Assembly: GCA_965249135.1 (NCBI GenBank) | Contig: OZ252220.1 | Span: 1,216,001-1,280,000, forward strand | Reading direction: 5' to 3' | Source of the DNA: Alphaproteobacteria bacterium | Lineage (GTDB): Bacteria; Pseudomonadota; Alphaproteobacteria; GCA-2746255 | Length of the DNA: 64,000 nucleotides | Part shown: piece by piece, positions 42,994-54,371 of the stretch | How positions within the stretch are numbered: position 1 is the stretch's first letter | Layout: the number at the start of each line of letters is the position of its first letter | Made by a program: the position numbers and the translations under genes | Notes under the pieces: generated by a model | Seen by the model: only the letters and a program-made list of their open reading frames with translations | Told to the model about the DNA's origin: nothing | Databases searched by the model: none

Positions 42994-43875
42994 ATGGGCA
43001 GGGGTTTGCGCATCGGAGCGTTCCTTGCAGGCTTCAGCGCCTTCCTTCTGATCGGCTGCGCGAGTCTTCCCCAGCCCTTCGCGCCCGAGGAACGCACGCC
43101 GGAAGAAGAAGCAACCCTGCTGCCGCCCCACGGGCAGGGCATGTGGGTCGGTGATTTTCGCGGCCTGCCTCCGGAGCAAGGCATGCGCGTCGCAGGCACC
43201 TTGCTTGCCACCCTTCACGCCGAAGGCATTCCGGCGAGCGCCGCCAACCGGAACGAAGCGTCCCTCGTGCTGGACGGGAGCGCGGAAGTCACGGAAGCCA
43301 ACGATGAAGGAATGCGCTTTGAGCTTCGCTGGACGCTTTCCACCGCGGCCGGCGAAGCGATCGGCACCGTCCATGAAACGCAAACCCTGCCCAAGGAGCT
43401 TTGGAAGGACGATCCGCGCACCCTCGACCGGCTCGCCATTTCGGCCGCCCGCAAGATCGCCCGGCTCGCCCGCGGCGACGAGCCGGTGGGCGCCTTGTCA
43501 TCCGCCGTGGCGGTGTGGCCGATCGACGGCGCGCCGGGGGATGGCAAACGCTCGCTCACCTTTGCCGTGCGCGCCGCCTTGGCGGAAGCCGGCGTGCCGC
43601 TTTCCGGGGGGAACCGGGAGCCGGGCCTGATCCTGCTCGGCGAAGTCCGGCTCGGCGAGGCAAAAGCCGGGCAACAGGAGGCCCGGCTTAGCTGGTCGCT
43701 GATCCGCCCATCCGGGGAGGCGATCGGTTCCTTCACCCAGGTGAACGCGATTGCCGAAGGCCGGATGGAGGGTGCCTGGGGGACGCTGGCACCGTCCATC
43801 GCCGCCGGCACGGCGGAAGGGGTCGTCGCGGTGATCAAACGGATGCAGCGGGAAAAACCGGTGAAAACCCAATGA
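42994..43875 (+). CDS. Hypothetical lipoprotein
   Basis: Signal with lipobox LLIGC, then LPQPF and GAPGDG motifs; between pgeF and prs. Confidence 0.8.
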   Translation: MGRGLRIGAFLAGFSAFLLIGCASLPQPFAPEERTPEEEATLLPPHGQGMWVGDFRGLPPEQGMRVAGTLLATLHAEGIPASAANRNEASLVLDGSAEVTEANDEGMRFELRWTLSTAAGEAIGTVHETQTLPKELWKDDPRTLDRLAISAARKIARLARGDEPVGALSSAVAVWPIDGAPGDGKRSLTFAVRAALAEAGVPLSGGNREPGLILLGEVRLGEAKAGQQEARLSWSLIRPSGEAIGSFTQVNAIAEGRMEGAWGTLAPSIAAGTAEGVVAVIKRMQREKPVKTQ

Positions 43876-43984
43876 CTTTGCGCCGCCCCCGAAGCGGGCA
43901 ATGTCCTCCTTCGTCATTTACAAGGCGGGCGATCCGCTGCTACATTTCGCCCGCATTCGGCCGACAGGCCGTGAGGAAATCCGC

Positions 43985-44917
43985 ATGAAGGTGATCAGCT
44001 GCAACGCCAATCGGCCACTTGCCGAGGCCATCTCTACGTGGCTCAATCTGCCCCTCGCCAACGCCGAAATCCGGCGGTTCGCCGATAACGAGGTCTTCGT
44101 CGAGGTCCATGAGAACGTCCGCGGCGAGGACGTTTTCGCCATTCAACCGACTTCCTATCCGGCGAACGACAACCTGATGGAGTTGCTGGTGGCACTGGAT
44201 GCGCTGTGCTTGGGCTCGGCGCGCAGGATCACCGCCGTCATCCCCTATTTCGGCTATGCGCGTCAGGACCGGAAGACCGGGCCCAGGACTCCGATCTCGG
44301 CGAAGCTGGTGGCGAATCTGATCGGCATCGCGGGTGCGAACCGGGTGTTGACGCTGGACCTGCACGCCGCCCAGATTCAGGGGTTCTTCGACATTCCCGT
44401 CGACAATTTGTTCTCCGCCCCGGTCTTCACGCGCGACATTCGCGCCAATTACCAGGGCAAGGAGCTCACCATCGTGTCCCCGGACGTCGGCGGCGTGCTG
44501 CGCGCCCGGGCAATCGCCAAGCGCATGGATACCGACCTTGCGATCATCGACAAGCGGCGCGAACGCGCCGGGGTTTCCGAAGTGATGAACGTCATCGGCG
44601 AGGTCAAAAAGCGGCATTGTCTGCTGATCGACGACATCGTCGATTCGGCCGGCACGCTTTGCAACGCGGCGGTGGCACTGAAGGATGCCGGTGCGGATTC
44701 CGTGTCAGCCTACGTCACCCATGGCGTGCTTTCCGGCGATGCGGTGAAGCGGATCGAGGCCTCACCGCTTGCAACGCTTGTCGTCACGGACAGCATCCAG
44801 GCGACGAAGATGGTCGAGAAATCCAAGACCGTCCGGCAGATTTCGATCGCACCGCTTTTGGCCGAGGCCATGCTGCGAATCAGCGAAGAAAGTTCCGTTT
44901 CCTATCTCTTTAACTAG
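43985..44917 (+). CDS. prs: Ribose-phosphate pyrophosphokinase
   Basis: [35 protein letters not shown]. Confidence 0.98.
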   Translation: MKVISCNANRPLAEAISTWLNLPLANAEIRRFADNEVFVEVHENVRGEDVFAIQPTSYPANDNLMELLVALDALCLGSARRITAVIPYFGYARQDRKTGPRTPISAKLVANLIGIAGANRVLTLDLHAAQIQGFFDIPVDNLFSAPVFTRDIRANYQGKELTIVSPDVGGVLRARAIAKRMDTDLAIIDKRRERAGVSEVMNVIGEVKKRHCLLIDDIVDSAGTLCNAAVALKDAGADSVSAYVTHGVLSGDAVKRIEASPLATLVVTDSIQATKMVEKSKTVRQISIAPLLAEAMLRISEESSVSYLFN

Positions 44918-44986
44918 GGAGAGGAAGCGTGGGGCACCGGCACCCCTGGAGGCCGGCGTCGAAGCCTAAGATAAGGAGAAGTTTCC

Positions 44987-45700
44987 ATGGCCAATATTGC
45001 AACCATCACCGCGGAAATCCGCGAACGGGCCGGAAAGGGGGCCGCCCGTGCCGAGCGCCGAGCGGGGCGCGTGCCTGCCGTCATTTACGGCAACAAGGAA
45101 GAGCCCGTCATCGTCTCGCTCGCCCCTCGCGAATTGAAGCAGGAAGTGCACAAGCCCGGCTTCTTCACGCGGATTTTCGACGTCGAAGTGAACGGCAAGA
45201 AGCACCGCGTACTGCCCCGCGACGTGCAGATCCACCCTTTGACGGATGCGCCAATCCATGTTGATTTCCTGCGCGTCTCGGAGGAAACGACGATCCATGT
45301 CGGGGTCCCGGTCGTGTTCGAGAATGAGGAGCTTTCGCCCGGCCTCAAGCGCGGCGGCGTGCTGAACATCGTCCGCCACGAGATCGAGATGGTTTGCAAG
45401 GCAATGGAGATTCCGCATTCGCTGTCTGCGAATCTCGATGGGCTGGATATCGGGGATGGCATCCACATCAGCCAGATCGAACTGCCCGAAGGGGTGCGGC
45501 CGGTCATCGCCGACCGCGACTTCACGGTGGCCACGATCGCCGCACCTTCCAAGCTGAAGTCCGTCGAGGAGGAGGAAGCCGAGGCGGTCGCAGCCGCCGA
45601 AACCGCCGCCCTTGCCGAGGCCGAAGGCGAAGGAGTCGAAGGGGTCGAGGGCGAGACCAAGCCCGAAGGCGAGGCGAAGGAAGAAGAAAAAGGCGAATAG
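44987..45700 (+). CDS. rplY: 50S ribosomal protein L25/general stress protein Ctc
   Basis: GKGAARAERRAGRVPAVIYG, HVDFLR, PGLKRGG, acidic tail. Confidence 0.97.
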   Translation: MANIATITAEIRERAGKGAARAERRAGRVPAVIYGNKEEPVIVSLAPRELKQEVHKPGFFTRIFDVEVNGKKHRVLPRDVQIHPLTDAPIHVDFLRVSEETTIHVGVPVVFENEELSPGLKRGGVLNIVRHEIEMVCKAMEIPHSLSANLDGLDIGDGIHISQIELPEGVRPVIADRDFTVATIAAPSKLKSVEEEEAEAVAAAETAALAEAEGEGVEGVEGETKPEGEAKEEEKGE

Positions 45701-45712
45701 GCGGGCCAAGCC

Positions 45713-46333
45713 ATGCTGCTTCTGGTGGGCCTTGGAAATCCGGGCCCGGACTCCGCGGGCAATCGCCACAATGCCGGTATCCTGGCGGTCGACGCGATCG
45801 CAAAGCGCCATGCCTTTGGGCGTTTCCGGGCACGTTTTCGCGGGCGCGAAGCCTCGGGCATGCTTGGCGGGGAGAAGGTGGTGGCGCTGAAGCCGGAAAC
45901 CTTCATGAACAATTCCGGAGCCGCCATAGCTGCCGCCGTCCGCTTTTACAAGCTCTCCCTCGACGACGTGCTGGTCGTTCACGACGACATCGACCTGGCG
46001 CCCGGCAAGATAAAGATCAAGCAGGGTGGCGGCGATGGCGGGCACAACGGCCTTCGCAGCATCGATCAACATTTGGGGCGCGATTACCGCCGCCTTCGCA
46101 TCGGCATCGGCCACCCCGGCCATAAGGACGAAGTCGCCGATTACGTGCTCAGGAATTTTTCGAAAAACGAGAAAGCCTGGCTTGAACCCTTGATCGATGC
46201 GATCGCCGATGAGGCGGAGCTGCTGGTTATCGACGAGGCCAAGTTTTTGACCCGCATCGCCCTTATCCTGAAGCCGCCGAAGCCAAAAGCGCCACCCGAC
46301 GATGTGGACGACGAGGGCACAAGTGGGGTTTAA
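45713..46333 (+). CDS. pth: Peptidyl-tRNA hydrolase
   Basis: GLGNPG, RHNAG, KPETFMN, HDDID, GGHNGLRSI. Confidence 0.97.
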   Translation: MLLLVGLGNPGPDSAGNRHNAGILAVDAIAKRHAFGRFRARFRGREASGMLGGEKVVALKPETFMNNSGAAIAAAVRFYKLSLDDVLVVHDDIDLAPGKIKIKQGGGDGGHNGLRSIDQHLGRDYRRLRIGIGHPGHKDEVADYVLRNFSKNEKAWLEPLIDAIADEAELLVIDEAKFLTRIALILKPPKPKAPPDDVDDEGTSGV

Positions 46334-47423
46334 CTGCGGCATCGTCGGCCTTCCGAATGTCGGAAAATCGACGTTGTTCAATGCGCTGAGTGCGACGGCG
46401 GGGGCGGACGTCGCGAACTACCCGTTTTGCACGATCGAGCCGAATGCGGGCCGCGTCGCCGTGCCGGACCCGCGCCTCGAAGAAATCGCAGCACTTGCAA
46501 AATCCGCACGCACCACACCGACCCATCTGGAATTCGTCGACAGCGCAGGTCTGGTGCGCGGCGCCAGCCAAGGCGAGGGCCTCGGCAACCAGTTCCTCAG
46601 CCATATCCGTGAGGTGGATGCCATCCTGCATGTGCTTCGCTGTTTCGAATCCGAGGACGTGACCCATGTGGAGGAAAGCGTCGATCCGGTCCGCGACGCC
46701 GAGACGGTCGATACGGAATTGATGCTGGCCGACCTCGAAAGCCTCGAGCGGCGAACCGCCGGCTTTGCAAAAAAGGTGCGCGGTGGCGAAAAAGCGCTTG
46801 GCGCGGAACTCGCCCTCATGGAACGCGCGAAAGAGACATTGGAAGAAGGCAAGCCCGCCTCGATGACGCCGCTCAAAGCGGACGAGGAGGCGGCCTTGAA
46901 GCGCCTTCAGCTGCTGACGGCGAAGCCGATCCTGTTCGTCGCCAATGTCGAGGAAGAGGCCGCAGGCCTTGGCAATGCGCATTCGAAGGCGGCGGAGGGG
47001 TACGCGAAGAAGCGCGGCGCGGGCCTGATCGTCATCTCGGCCGCCATCGAGGCGGAGGTGGCGGCGCTCGATAGCCCGGACGAACGCGCCGCCTTTCTCG
47101 CCACGCTGGGCCTCAAGGAAGCCGGGCTGGCGCGGGTCATCCGGGCGGGTTACGCGCTTTTAGATCTGCTCACCTTCTTCACGGCGGCCCCCAACGAGGC
47201 CAGGGCCTGGACGATCGAAAAGGGAACGAAGGCGAGCGAGGCCGCCGGCGTCATTCACACGGATTTTGCGCGCGGCTTCATCGCGGCGGAAACCATCGCG
47301 TTTCAGGATTTCATCGCCTGCACGGGCGAGCAGGGCGCAAAAGACGCGGGCCGAATGCGCCTCGAGGGCCGCGACTACGTGATCGAAGACGGCGACGTGC
47401 TGCGCTTTCGCTTCAACGTGTGA
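46323..47423 (+). CDS. ychF: Redox-regulated ATPase YchF
   Basis: GIVGLPNVGKST, NYPFCTIEPN, GEGLGNQFL, C-terminal FRFNV; GTG start. Confidence 0.97.
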   Translation: MGFNCGIVGLPNVGKSTLFNALSATAGADVANYPFCTIEPNAGRVAVPDPRLEEIAALAKSARTTPTHLEFVDSAGLVRGASQGEGLGNQFLSHIREVDAILHVLRCFESEDVTHVEESVDPVRDAETVDTELMLADLESLERRTAGFAKKVRGGEKALGAELALMERAKETLEEGKPASMTPLKADEEAALKRLQLLTAKPILFVANVEEEAAGLGNAHSKAAEGYAKKRGAGLIVISAAIEAEVAALDSPDERAAFLATLGLKEAGLARVIRAGYALLDLLTFFTAAPNEARAWTIEKGTKASEAAGVIHTDFARGFIAAETIAFQDFIACTGEQGAKDAGRMRLEGRDYVIEDGDVLRFRFNV

Positions 47424-47436
47424 AGCGCGCGGACGC

Positions 47437-48114
47437 TTAGTCGTCGTTCGAGGCCGGGCCTGCGGCCATCGCCGCCGCGCCGTAGGTGCGAAACTTCTCA
47501 AGCACCGTCGCCATCTCGGCATCCGAAAGGAGCACCGGTTCGCCTATTGCAAGGGCCTGGGCATACTGTTCGGAAAGGGCCTCGACCTCGACGGCGAGAT
47601 CGAGCGTATCGCGAAGTGTCTTTCCGAGCGCGAGGATCCCGTGGTTGGCGAGCAGACAGGCGCGCCTTCCTTCGAGCGCCTCAACCGCATGATCGGAAAG
47701 CTCCTGGCTGCCGAAGGTCGCGTAGGGCGCGCAGCGGATGGAGGCGCCGCCCGCCACCGCCACCATGTAATGGAAGGCCGGAATGGGGCGGTTGAGACAG
47801 GCAAGCGCGGTTGCGAAGATCGGGTGCGCGTGAAGGATGACGTCGATTTCGGGACGGACGCTAAGGATATCGCGGTGAAAGCGCCACTCCGAGGAAGGAT
47901 CCTGGTTGCCCTGAACTTTGCCTTCGAAATCCATCGCCACCAGATCGTCCGGCAGCATGGCGTCGGGGTCCAACCCGGAAGGCGTGATCAGGAAGTGATC
48001 CGCCTCGCGCACGCTTAAATTCCCGGACCGCCCACGGTTCAAGCCCAGCTCGACCATCCGGCGCGCGCTCACGATCATCGCCTCGCGAAGGTTGGGATCG
48101 GTCTTTTCGTTCAT
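47437..48114 (-). CDS. Class II aldolase (FucA-like; Ald2-type methylthio/5-deoxy-ribulose-1-P aldolase)
   Basis: [21 protein letters not shown]; overlaps the mtnA stop. Confidence 0.9.
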   Translation of the reverse strand: MNEKTDPNLREAMIVSARRMVELGLNRGRSGNLSVREADHFLITPSGLDPDAMLPDDLVAMDFEGKVQGNQDPSSEWRFHRDILSVRPEIDVILHAHPIFATALACLNRPIPAFHYMVAVAGGASIRCAPYATFGSQELSDHAVEALEGRRACLLANHGILALGKTLRDTLDLAVEVEALSEQYAQALAIGEPVLLSDAEMATVLEKFRTYGAAAMAAGPASNDD

Positions 48115-49226
48115 CCGGCCTCTTCCTTTCGCGAGCGATGCTCCGGATAAAGCGCCTCCAATCCTTCGCTCGAGGCATCCGCCAGCCCACGTTCGGTAAT
48201 GAGGCCGGTGACCAGCCGGGCCGGCGTGACGTCGAAGGCGACGTTTCGGACCGGGCTTGAGGCAGGCATGAGCTCGACGGTCGTCAAGCCGCCATCTGCG
48301 TCGCGGCCGGTGATGGTGGCGACTTCCGCCCCGTCGCGCTCTTCGATCGGAATCGCATGGACGCCTTCCTCGAGCTTCCAGTCGATCGACGTGCCGGGAA
48401 GGGCCACGTAAAACGGCACGTCGTTGTCGAAGGCGGCGAGCGCCTTTAAGTACGTGCCGATCTTGTTGCAGACGTCGCCGCCGCCGGTGGTCCGGTCCGA
48501 GCCCACGATGCAAAGATCGACTTCGCCCTGCTGCATCAAATGGCCGCCCGCACTGTCGACGATCACCGTGTAGGGAACCCCGTGCTGGCCAAGCTCCCAG
48601 GCGGTGAGGCTTGCGCCCTGGTTGCGGGGACGCGTCTCATCGACCCAGACATGAACCGGAATGCCGGCATCATGGGCGAGGTAAACGGGGCTAAGCGCCG
48701 TCCCCCAATCGACGGTGGCGAGCCAGCCAGCGTTGCAATGGGTAAGCACGTTGACCGGCCCCGATGCAGCCTTTCGATCAAAGATCGCCTGCAGCAAGGG
48801 AAGGCCATGTCGCCCGATCGCCGCGTTCTGGCTTACGTCCTCCTCGGCGATCGCAGCCGCCCGGGCGTAAGCCGCGGCCTCGCGCTCGGCCGAGCTTAAG
48901 CCTTCGAGATGGGCGGCCATGTCGTCCAGCGCCCAGCGAAGATTGACCGCCGTCGGCCGGGTGGCAAGGAGCACACGCACGGCCTCCTTCAGCGCCTCAT
49001 CGGAGGCCTTGGCCCGCATGGCGAGCGCCACCCCATAGGCCGCCGTCGCACCGATCAGCGGCGCGCCGCGGACCTCCATGTCGGCGATCGCGGTGGCCGC
49101 ATCCCTGAGGGTTTCCAACGCGATGCGTTCGAAACGGAAGGGGAGCTTCGTCTGGTCGATGATGCCGACCGATCCGCCATCGTCGTTCAGCCAAATCGTT
49201 CGCGTCGGTTTGCCTTCGACTTTCAT
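48111..49226 (-). CDS. mtnA: S-methyl-5-thioribose-1-phosphate isomerase
   Basis: [40 protein letters not shown]. Confidence 0.97.
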   Translation of the reverse strand: MKVEGKPTRTIWLNDDGGSVGIIDQTKLPFRFERIALETLRDAATAIADMEVRGAPLIGATAAYGVALAMRAKASDEALKEAVRVLLATRPTAVNLRWALDDMAAHLEGLSSAEREAAAYARAAAIAEEDVSQNAAIGRHGLPLLQAIFDRKAASGPVNVLTHCNAGWLATVDWGTALSPVYLAHDAGIPVHVWVDETRPRNQGASLTAWELGQHGVPYTVIVDSAGGHLMQQGEVDLCIVGSDRTTGGGDVCNKIGTYLKALAAFDNDVPFYVALPGTSIDWKLEEGVHAIPIEERDGAEVATITGRDADGGLTTVELMPASSPVRNVAFDVTPARLVTGLITERGLADASSEGLEALYPEHRSRKEEAG

Positions 49227-49239
49227 ACCTTCCTCGCAC

Positions 49240-50124
49240 TTATCCTTTCAGCACGCGTCCGGCGACGGCGTCGAGCCTGGCCATCAAATCGGGGTCCCGA
49301 ACGTCCTTGGCCGTGACGATCGCATCGTCCAACGCCCGGTCGCAGCCTTGCTGGCAAGGATCGTTGGCGCCGGTAAGCGGCACGACGGTACGCACCAGCT
49401 CGCGCGCCCGGTCGGCATTCGCAAAAAGCACCTTCAGGATCGCCTCGACCGTGACGTCGTCGTGGTCCGGATGCCAGCAATCGTAGTCGGTGACCATGGC
49501 GACGGACGCGTAACAAATTTCCGCTTCGCGCGCGAGTCTTGCTTCCGGCATGTTCGTCATGCCGATCACGTCGAAGCCTGCGCTCCGATAAAATTCGGAT
49601 TCCGCCAAGGTCGAGAATTGCGGGCCTTCCATCGCCAGATAGGTGCCGCCATGAACAAAGCGGATGCCGGCGCCCTTGCACGCTTCGGCGACGGCTTGGT
49701 TCAAGCGTGCGCAGACCGGTTTCGACATCGCGACATGGGCGACGAGGCCGGGCCCGAAAAAACTTTTTTCCCTGGAACTCGTGCGGTCGATGAACTGATC
49801 GACGATCACGAAGGTGCCGGGCGTGAGCTCCTCGCGGAGAGAGCCAACCGCGCTTAAAGAGAGAATCTCGGTGACGCCGGCGCGTTTCATCGCATCGACG
49901 TTCGCCCGGTAGTTGATGTCGCCGGGCGGCAGCCGGTGACCACGCCCGTGGCGGGGGAGGAAGACGAGATCGCGCCCGGCAAGGCGTCCGAAGAAGAATT
50001 CGTCCGATGGCGTGCCGAAGGGGGTGGCGATTGCTTCCCACCGCGTGTGTTCGAGGCCTTCGATCTCATAAAGACCGCTGCCGCCGATGATGCCGAGCGC
50101 GCCGGTCGCCTTCTTCTTTGCCAT
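49240..50124 (-). CDS. mtnP: S-methyl-5'-thioadenosine phosphorylase
   Basis: GIIGGSG, PRHGRGH, EGPQFST, GMTNMPE, VTDYDCW; alternative start 50184. Confidence 0.96.
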   Translation of the reverse strand: MAKKKATGALGIIGGSGLYEIEGLEHTRWEAIATPFGTPSDEFFFGRLAGRDLVFLPRHGRGHRLPPGDINYRANVDAMKRAGVTEILSLSAVGSLREELTPGTFVIVDQFIDRTSSREKSFFGPGLVAHVAMSKPVCARLNQAVAEACKGAGIRFVHGGTYLAMEGPQFSTLAESEFYRSAGFDVIGMTNMPEARLAREAEICYASVAMVTDYDCWHPDHDDVTVEAILKVLFANADRARELVRTVVPLTGANDPCQQGCDRALDDAIVTAKDVRDPDLMARLDAVAGRVLKG

Positions 50125-50129
50125 CCAAT

Positions 50130-50174
50130 CCCTTGCCTTTCGGGCCCTTGCCTTTCGGGCCCTTGCCTTTCGGG
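50130..50174. repeat. 15-nt perfect tandem repeat x3 (CCCTTGCCTTTCGGG) at the mtnP 5' end
   Basis: Read directly from the sequence. Confidence 0.92.
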
Positions 50175-50264
50175 CCGCCACCATCCTAGCCCGGCCGTGG
50201 CTTTAGAAAAAGCAAGGGCCGCCAGAAACTGGCGGCCCAGAATCGGGAAAAACTGGCGGCGCGC

Positions 50265-51050
50265 CTAGTGCAGCTTCGACCAGATCCGCCGCTTCACCGC
50301 GTACAGCATCGCCGTCAGCAGGATCACGAAGAGCAGGACCTTGAGGCCGAGGCTTTTCCGCTCTTCGAGCTCCGGCTCGGCCGTCCAGGCAAGGAAGGTG
50401 GAGACGTCCTTCGCCATCTGCTCGACACTGGCCGGCGTGCCGTCTTCGTACTCGACCAGGTCCTCGTACAAGGGCTGCGGCATGGCGACCTGGTGACCGG
50501 GGAAGCTGCGGTTGTAGGACATGCCCTCCATCATCTCGACGCCTTCCGGCGCCTCTTCCTCATAGCCGGTGAGCAGGCCGTAGATATAGTCCGCACCGCC
50601 TTTGCGCGCTTTCACGATGAGCGAGAGATCCGGCGGAAGTGAGCCGTTGTTCGCATAGCGGGCGGCGTTGTCGTTCGGGAAGGGGCTTGCGAAACGGTCC
50701 GAAAGCTTGCCCGGGCGGTCATACATTTCGCCCTCTTCGTCCGGGCCGTCCTCGATGACGGCCTCGGCGGCGATCTCTTTTGCCGCTTCTTCCGAGAATC
50801 CGATATCCATCAGATTGCGGTAAGCGATGAGATCGAGCCCGTGACAGCCGGAGCAGACCTCCTGATAGACCTGATGGCCGCGATGAAGGGCGGGCCTATC
50901 GAAGCGGCCGAAGATCCCATCGAACGTCCAGCTTTGCGTTTCGTATTCCGCCCCACCGGCAGCATTGGCCGGATGGGGGCCGCCCACAAGAAGGCCGAAC
51001 CCGATGACGATGAGAAGAAGGATGAGAAGAAGGAATCGTTCTTTGCGCAT
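50265..51050 (-). CDS. petC: Cytochrome c1
   Basis: Signal peptide, CSGCH, PPDLSLI, AMP Met ligand, C-terminal TM helix. Confidence 0.97.
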   Translation of the reverse strand: MRKERFLLLILLLIVIGFGLLVGGPHPANAAGGAEYETQSWTFDGIFGRFDRPALHRGHQVYQEVCSGCHGLDLIAYRNLMDIGFSEEAAKEIAAEAVIEDGPDEEGEMYDRPGKLSDRFASPFPNDNAARYANNGSLPPDLSLIVKARKGGADYIYGLLTGYEEEAPEGVEMMEGMSYNRSFPGHQVAMPQPLYEDLVEYEDGTPASVEQMAKDVSTFLAWTAEPELEERKSLGLKVLLFVILLTAMLYAVKRRIWSKLH

Positions 51051-51055
51051 CCTCG

Positions 51056-52276
51056 CTACCCCTTCGGCGGGCCGGTGGCTGCCACCGCCGATGCGATGCT
51101 TTCCGGCAAGGGCTTGGTTTTTTCGACCAGGCCCAGCAATGGGAGAATGATCAGGAAGTGGGCGAAATAGTAAGCCGTCGCCACCCGGCCGATGGTGATG
51201 AACATGCCCTCCGGCGGGTTCGCGCCGATCCAACCCAGAACGAAGCAATCCACCAGGAAGAGCCAGAAGAACTGTTTGTAGATGGGGCGAAAGCGGGCGC
51301 TTCGGACCTTCGAGCGGTCGAGCCAGGGAAGCACGAAGAGGATCAGGATCGAGCCGAACATCGCGATGACGCCGCCGAGCTTGTCCGGAATGGCGCGCAG
51401 GATCGCGTAATAGGGAAGGAAGTACCATTCCGGCACGATGTGCGGTGGCGTCGCCATCGGATTGGCGGGAATGTAATTGTCCGGCTCACCGAAGAAGTTC
51501 GGGGCGAAGAAGACGAGCGCCATATAGACGATGAAGAACACGCCGAGGCCATAGTAATCCTTCGCCGTGTAATAGGGATGGAAGGGGATGCTGTCCTGTG
51601 GCCCCTTCATGTCGATGCCGAGCGGATTGTTCGACTTCACCACATGCAGCGCCCAGATGTGCACCACGACGACACCCACAAGCACGAACGGCAGCAGGTA
51701 GTGGAGCGCGTAGAAGCGATTGAGCGTCGGATTGCCGACGGCAAACCCGCCCCACATCCAGGTGACGATGTCTTCGCCCACCAAGGGCACGGCCGAGAAC
51801 AGGTTCGTAATCACCGTCGTCGCCCAGAAGCTCATCTGACCCCAGGGCAGCACGTAGCCCATGAAGGCCGTCGCCATCATCAACAGGAGAATGATGATGC
51901 CGAGCCACCACAGAAGCTCGCGCGGGGACTTATAGGAGCCGTAATAGAGCCCCCGGAAAATATGAATGTAGACGACGATGAAGAACATCGTGCCGCCGTT
52001 CGAGTGAAGATAGCGAAGCAGCCAGCCGTAATTCACGTCGCGCATGATGCGCTCGACGCTGTTGAAGGCATGGTCCACATGGGGCGTGTACTGCATGGCG
52101 AGCATGATGCCGGTGAGGATCAGGATCACCAGCGTGATCCCGGCGAGCGACCCGAAATTCCACCAGTAGTTCAGATTCTTGGGCGTCGGATAATCGACCA
52201 GCGAGTGCTGGGTGAATGCGAAGATCGGCAGGCGATCCTCGATCCATTTTCCAACGCCCTTGTCGGGTGAAATCAT
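51056..52276 (-). CDS. petB: Cytochrome b
   Basis: WNFGSL, four heme His, [13 protein letters not shown]. Confidence 0.98.
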   Translation of the reverse strand: MISPDKGVGKWIEDRLPIFAFTQHSLVDYPTPKNLNYWWNFGSLAGITLVILILTGIMLAMQYTPHVDHAFNSVERIMRDVNYGWLLRYLHSNGGTMFFIVVYIHIFRGLYYGSYKSPRELLWWLGIIILLLMMATAFMGYVLPWGQMSFWATTVITNLFSAVPLVGEDIVTWMWGGFAVGNPTLNRFYALHYLLPFVLVGVVVVHIWALHVVKSNNPLGIDMKGPQDSIPFHPYYTAKDYYGLGVFFIVYMALVFFAPNFFGEPDNYIPANPMATPPHIVPEWYFLPYYAILRAIPDKLGGVIAMFGSILILFVLPWLDRSKVRSARFRPIYKQFFWLFLVDCFVLGWIGANPPEGMFITIGRVATAYYFAHFLIILPLLGLVEKTKPLPESIASAVAATGPPKG

Positions 52277-52287
52277 CCGCGTGCCCC

Positions 52288-52848
52288 CTAGCCGATCCGG
52301 ACAACAAGCGTGTCGTCGAGGAAGACGTACGGAGGTACGGTGAGATTCTTCGGCGCCGGGCCTTTGCGAATGCGGCCCGAGCTGTCGTAATGGGAGCCAT
52401 GGCAGGGACAGAACCAGCCATCCCAATCGCCGCGTGGGTCGCCCATCTTCTGGCCCAGCGGGATGCAGCCAAGATGCGTGCACACGCCGACCATGATCAG
52501 CCATTCCGGCTTTTCCGCCCGCTCCTGATCCGGCTCGGGATCGCGCAAGGTTTCCACATCGACGGCGCGCGCCGCCTCGATCTCGGCCGCCGTGCGGTGG
52601 CGGATGAAGACCGGCTTGCCGCGCCATTGAATGGTGATCGCCTGGCCTTCCTCGATCGGCGAGATGTCGATTTCCGTGGACGACAGCGCCAGCACATCGG
52701 CGGACGGGTTCATGCTATCGATGAATGGCCAGAGGGAGAGCGCGACGCCGATGCCGCCGACGGCGCCCGTGGCGAGAATCAGGAAATCCCGGCGGCTGCC
52801 GCCGTCTTCGTCTGCCGCCGTCTTTTGGGATTTTTCCTTAGCTGCCAT
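52288..52848 (-). CDS. petA: Ubiquinol-cytochrome c reductase Rieske Fe-S subunit
   Basis: Tat signal SRRDFL, CTHLGC, CPCHGS. Confidence 0.98.
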   Translation of the reverse strand: MAAKEKSQKTAADEDGGSRRDFLILATGAVGGIGVALSLWPFIDSMNPSADVLALSSTEIDISPIEEGQAITIQWRGKPVFIRHRTAAEIEAARAVDVETLRDPEPDQERAEKPEWLIMVGVCTHLGCIPLGQKMGDPRGDWDGWFCPCHGSHYDSSGRIRKGPAPKNLTVPPYVFLDDTLVVRIG

Positions 52849-53037
52849 GTTTCGCGTCGCTCCCCTTCGCAGGCCTAGCGCCTGGAACCGATACGGTGCC
52901 GAAGTATGGTTGCCAGTTTGTTAAGCCGCCTTAAGTTTCGCGAAGGATAAGGATCGTAAGGATCGTATAGCGTTTTCGAGCCGATGGCTCACGGGTATAC
53001 TAAAATTTCAACGCCTTTGCAAAGCCCCGCCCCGGTC

Positions 53038-53514
53038 ATGCGCATAGCCCTGTTTGAGCCCGACATACCTCAGAATGCAGGCGCGATCTTGCGGCTTTGC
53101 GCCTGCCTCGGCGTGCCTCTTGACGTGATTGGCCCTTGCGGTTTCGTCTTCGACGACCGCCGGCTCAAGCGCGTGGCACTCGATTATCTGGACAAGGCCA
53201 CGGTCTGCCGCCACGTTTCGTGGGACGCCTTCCTGAAAACGCGAAAAGAGGACGCGCATGCTGGCCGGCTGGTGCTGCTTTCCACAAGTGCGGAAATCTT
53301 CTATACGGATTTCGCCTTTCGCGAAAACGACACGCTTCTCCTTGGGCGCGAAAGCAAAGGCGTGCCCGCCGCCATCCACGAAACGGCGGACGCGCGCGTG
53401 AAGGTCCCGATGCAAAGCGGTGTACGCTCGTTGAATGTCGCGCTCGCCGCCGCCATGGTGGCGGGCGAGGCGCTTCGCCAGACGGCGGGCTGGCATAAGG
53501 GAAATGGGAGATGA
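53038..53514 (+). CDS. trmL: tRNA (cytidine/uridine-34 2'-O)-methyltransferase
   Basis: [24 protein letters not shown]. Confidence 0.94.
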   Translation: MRIALFEPDIPQNAGAILRLCACLGVPLDVIGPCGFVFDDRRLKRVALDYLDKATVCRHVSWDAFLKTRKEDAHAGRLVLLSTSAEIFYTDFAFRENDTLLLGRESKGVPAAIHETADARVKVPMQSGVRSLNVALAAAMVAGEALRQTAGWHKGNGR

Positions 53515-54368
53515 CGCGCGACGCGCAAAAAGCAAGGGCCAGCGCCTGGTTCGAGGAATTGCAGGGTTCGATCTGCCGCCGTTTCGAGGAAATCGAGGCG
53601 GCCTATGACGGACCCGGTGACGAACCCGGCGCCGAGCTTGCCCCCGGCCGGTTCGAACGGACCGCCTGGAAGCGCGAGGAAGGCGGCGGCGGCGTGATGA
53701 CGATCCTGAAAGGTAGGGTCTTCGAGAAGGTCGGCGTCAATGTCTCGACCGTCTTCGGCGAGTTTCCGGAAGCCTTCCGCAACGAGATCCCAGGCGCGGA
53801 AACGGACCCGACCTTCTGGGCGAGCGGCATCTCGCTGGTTGCCCATCTGCGTTCGCCCCATGTGCCGACCGTCCATCTGAACACGCGCCACATCGTGACG
53901 ACGAAGGGCTGGTTCGGCGGCGGCAGCGATCTCACGCCCACATTTGCGGATGAAAAGGACACGCAAAGTTTTCACGCCGCCTTCAAAGCCGCCTGCGACA
54001 AGCACGACCCGGATTACTACCCGCGCTTCAAGGAGGAGTGCGACCGCTACTTCTATTTAAAGCACCGCGACGAGCCGCGTGGCATCGGCGGCATCTTCTA
54101 CGATTATCTCGACAGCGGCGATTGGGAAGAGGACTTCGCCTTCACGAGGGACGTCGGCACCGCCTTCCTCGAAGTCTATCCGTTGATCCTTTCCCGTCAC
54201 ATGGACGCGCCGTGGACGGAGGCGGAACGCGCCGCTCAATTGGTGAAGCGCGGACGCTACGTCGAGTTCAACCTGCTTTACGATCGCGGTACGAAGTTCG
54301 GGCTGATGACCGGCGGCAACGTGGAGGCGATCCTGATGTCGCTGCCTCCCGTCGTCACCTGGCCTTAG
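53511..54368 (+). CDS. hemF: Oxygen-dependent coproporphyrinogen III oxidase
   Basis: [38 protein letters not shown]. Confidence 0.98.
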   Translation: MTRDAQKARASAWFEELQGSICRRFEEIEAAYDGPGDEPGAELAPGRFERTAWKREEGGGGVMTILKGRVFEKVGVNVSTVFGEFPEAFRNEIPGAETDPTFWASGISLVAHLRSPHVPTVHLNTRHIVTTKGWFGGGSDLTPTFADEKDTQSFHAAFKAACDKHDPDYYPRFKEECDRYFYLKHRDEPRGIGGIFYDYLDSGDWEEDFAFTRDVGTAFLEVYPLILSRHMDAPWTEAERAAQLVKRGRYVEFNLLYDRGTKFGLMTGGNVEAILMSLPPVVTWP

Positions 54369-54371
54369 ATT

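Noticed and set aside
52921-52934. TTAA-N6-TTAA upstream of petA as a CtrA site
   Set aside because: Spacer is 6 nt, not 7
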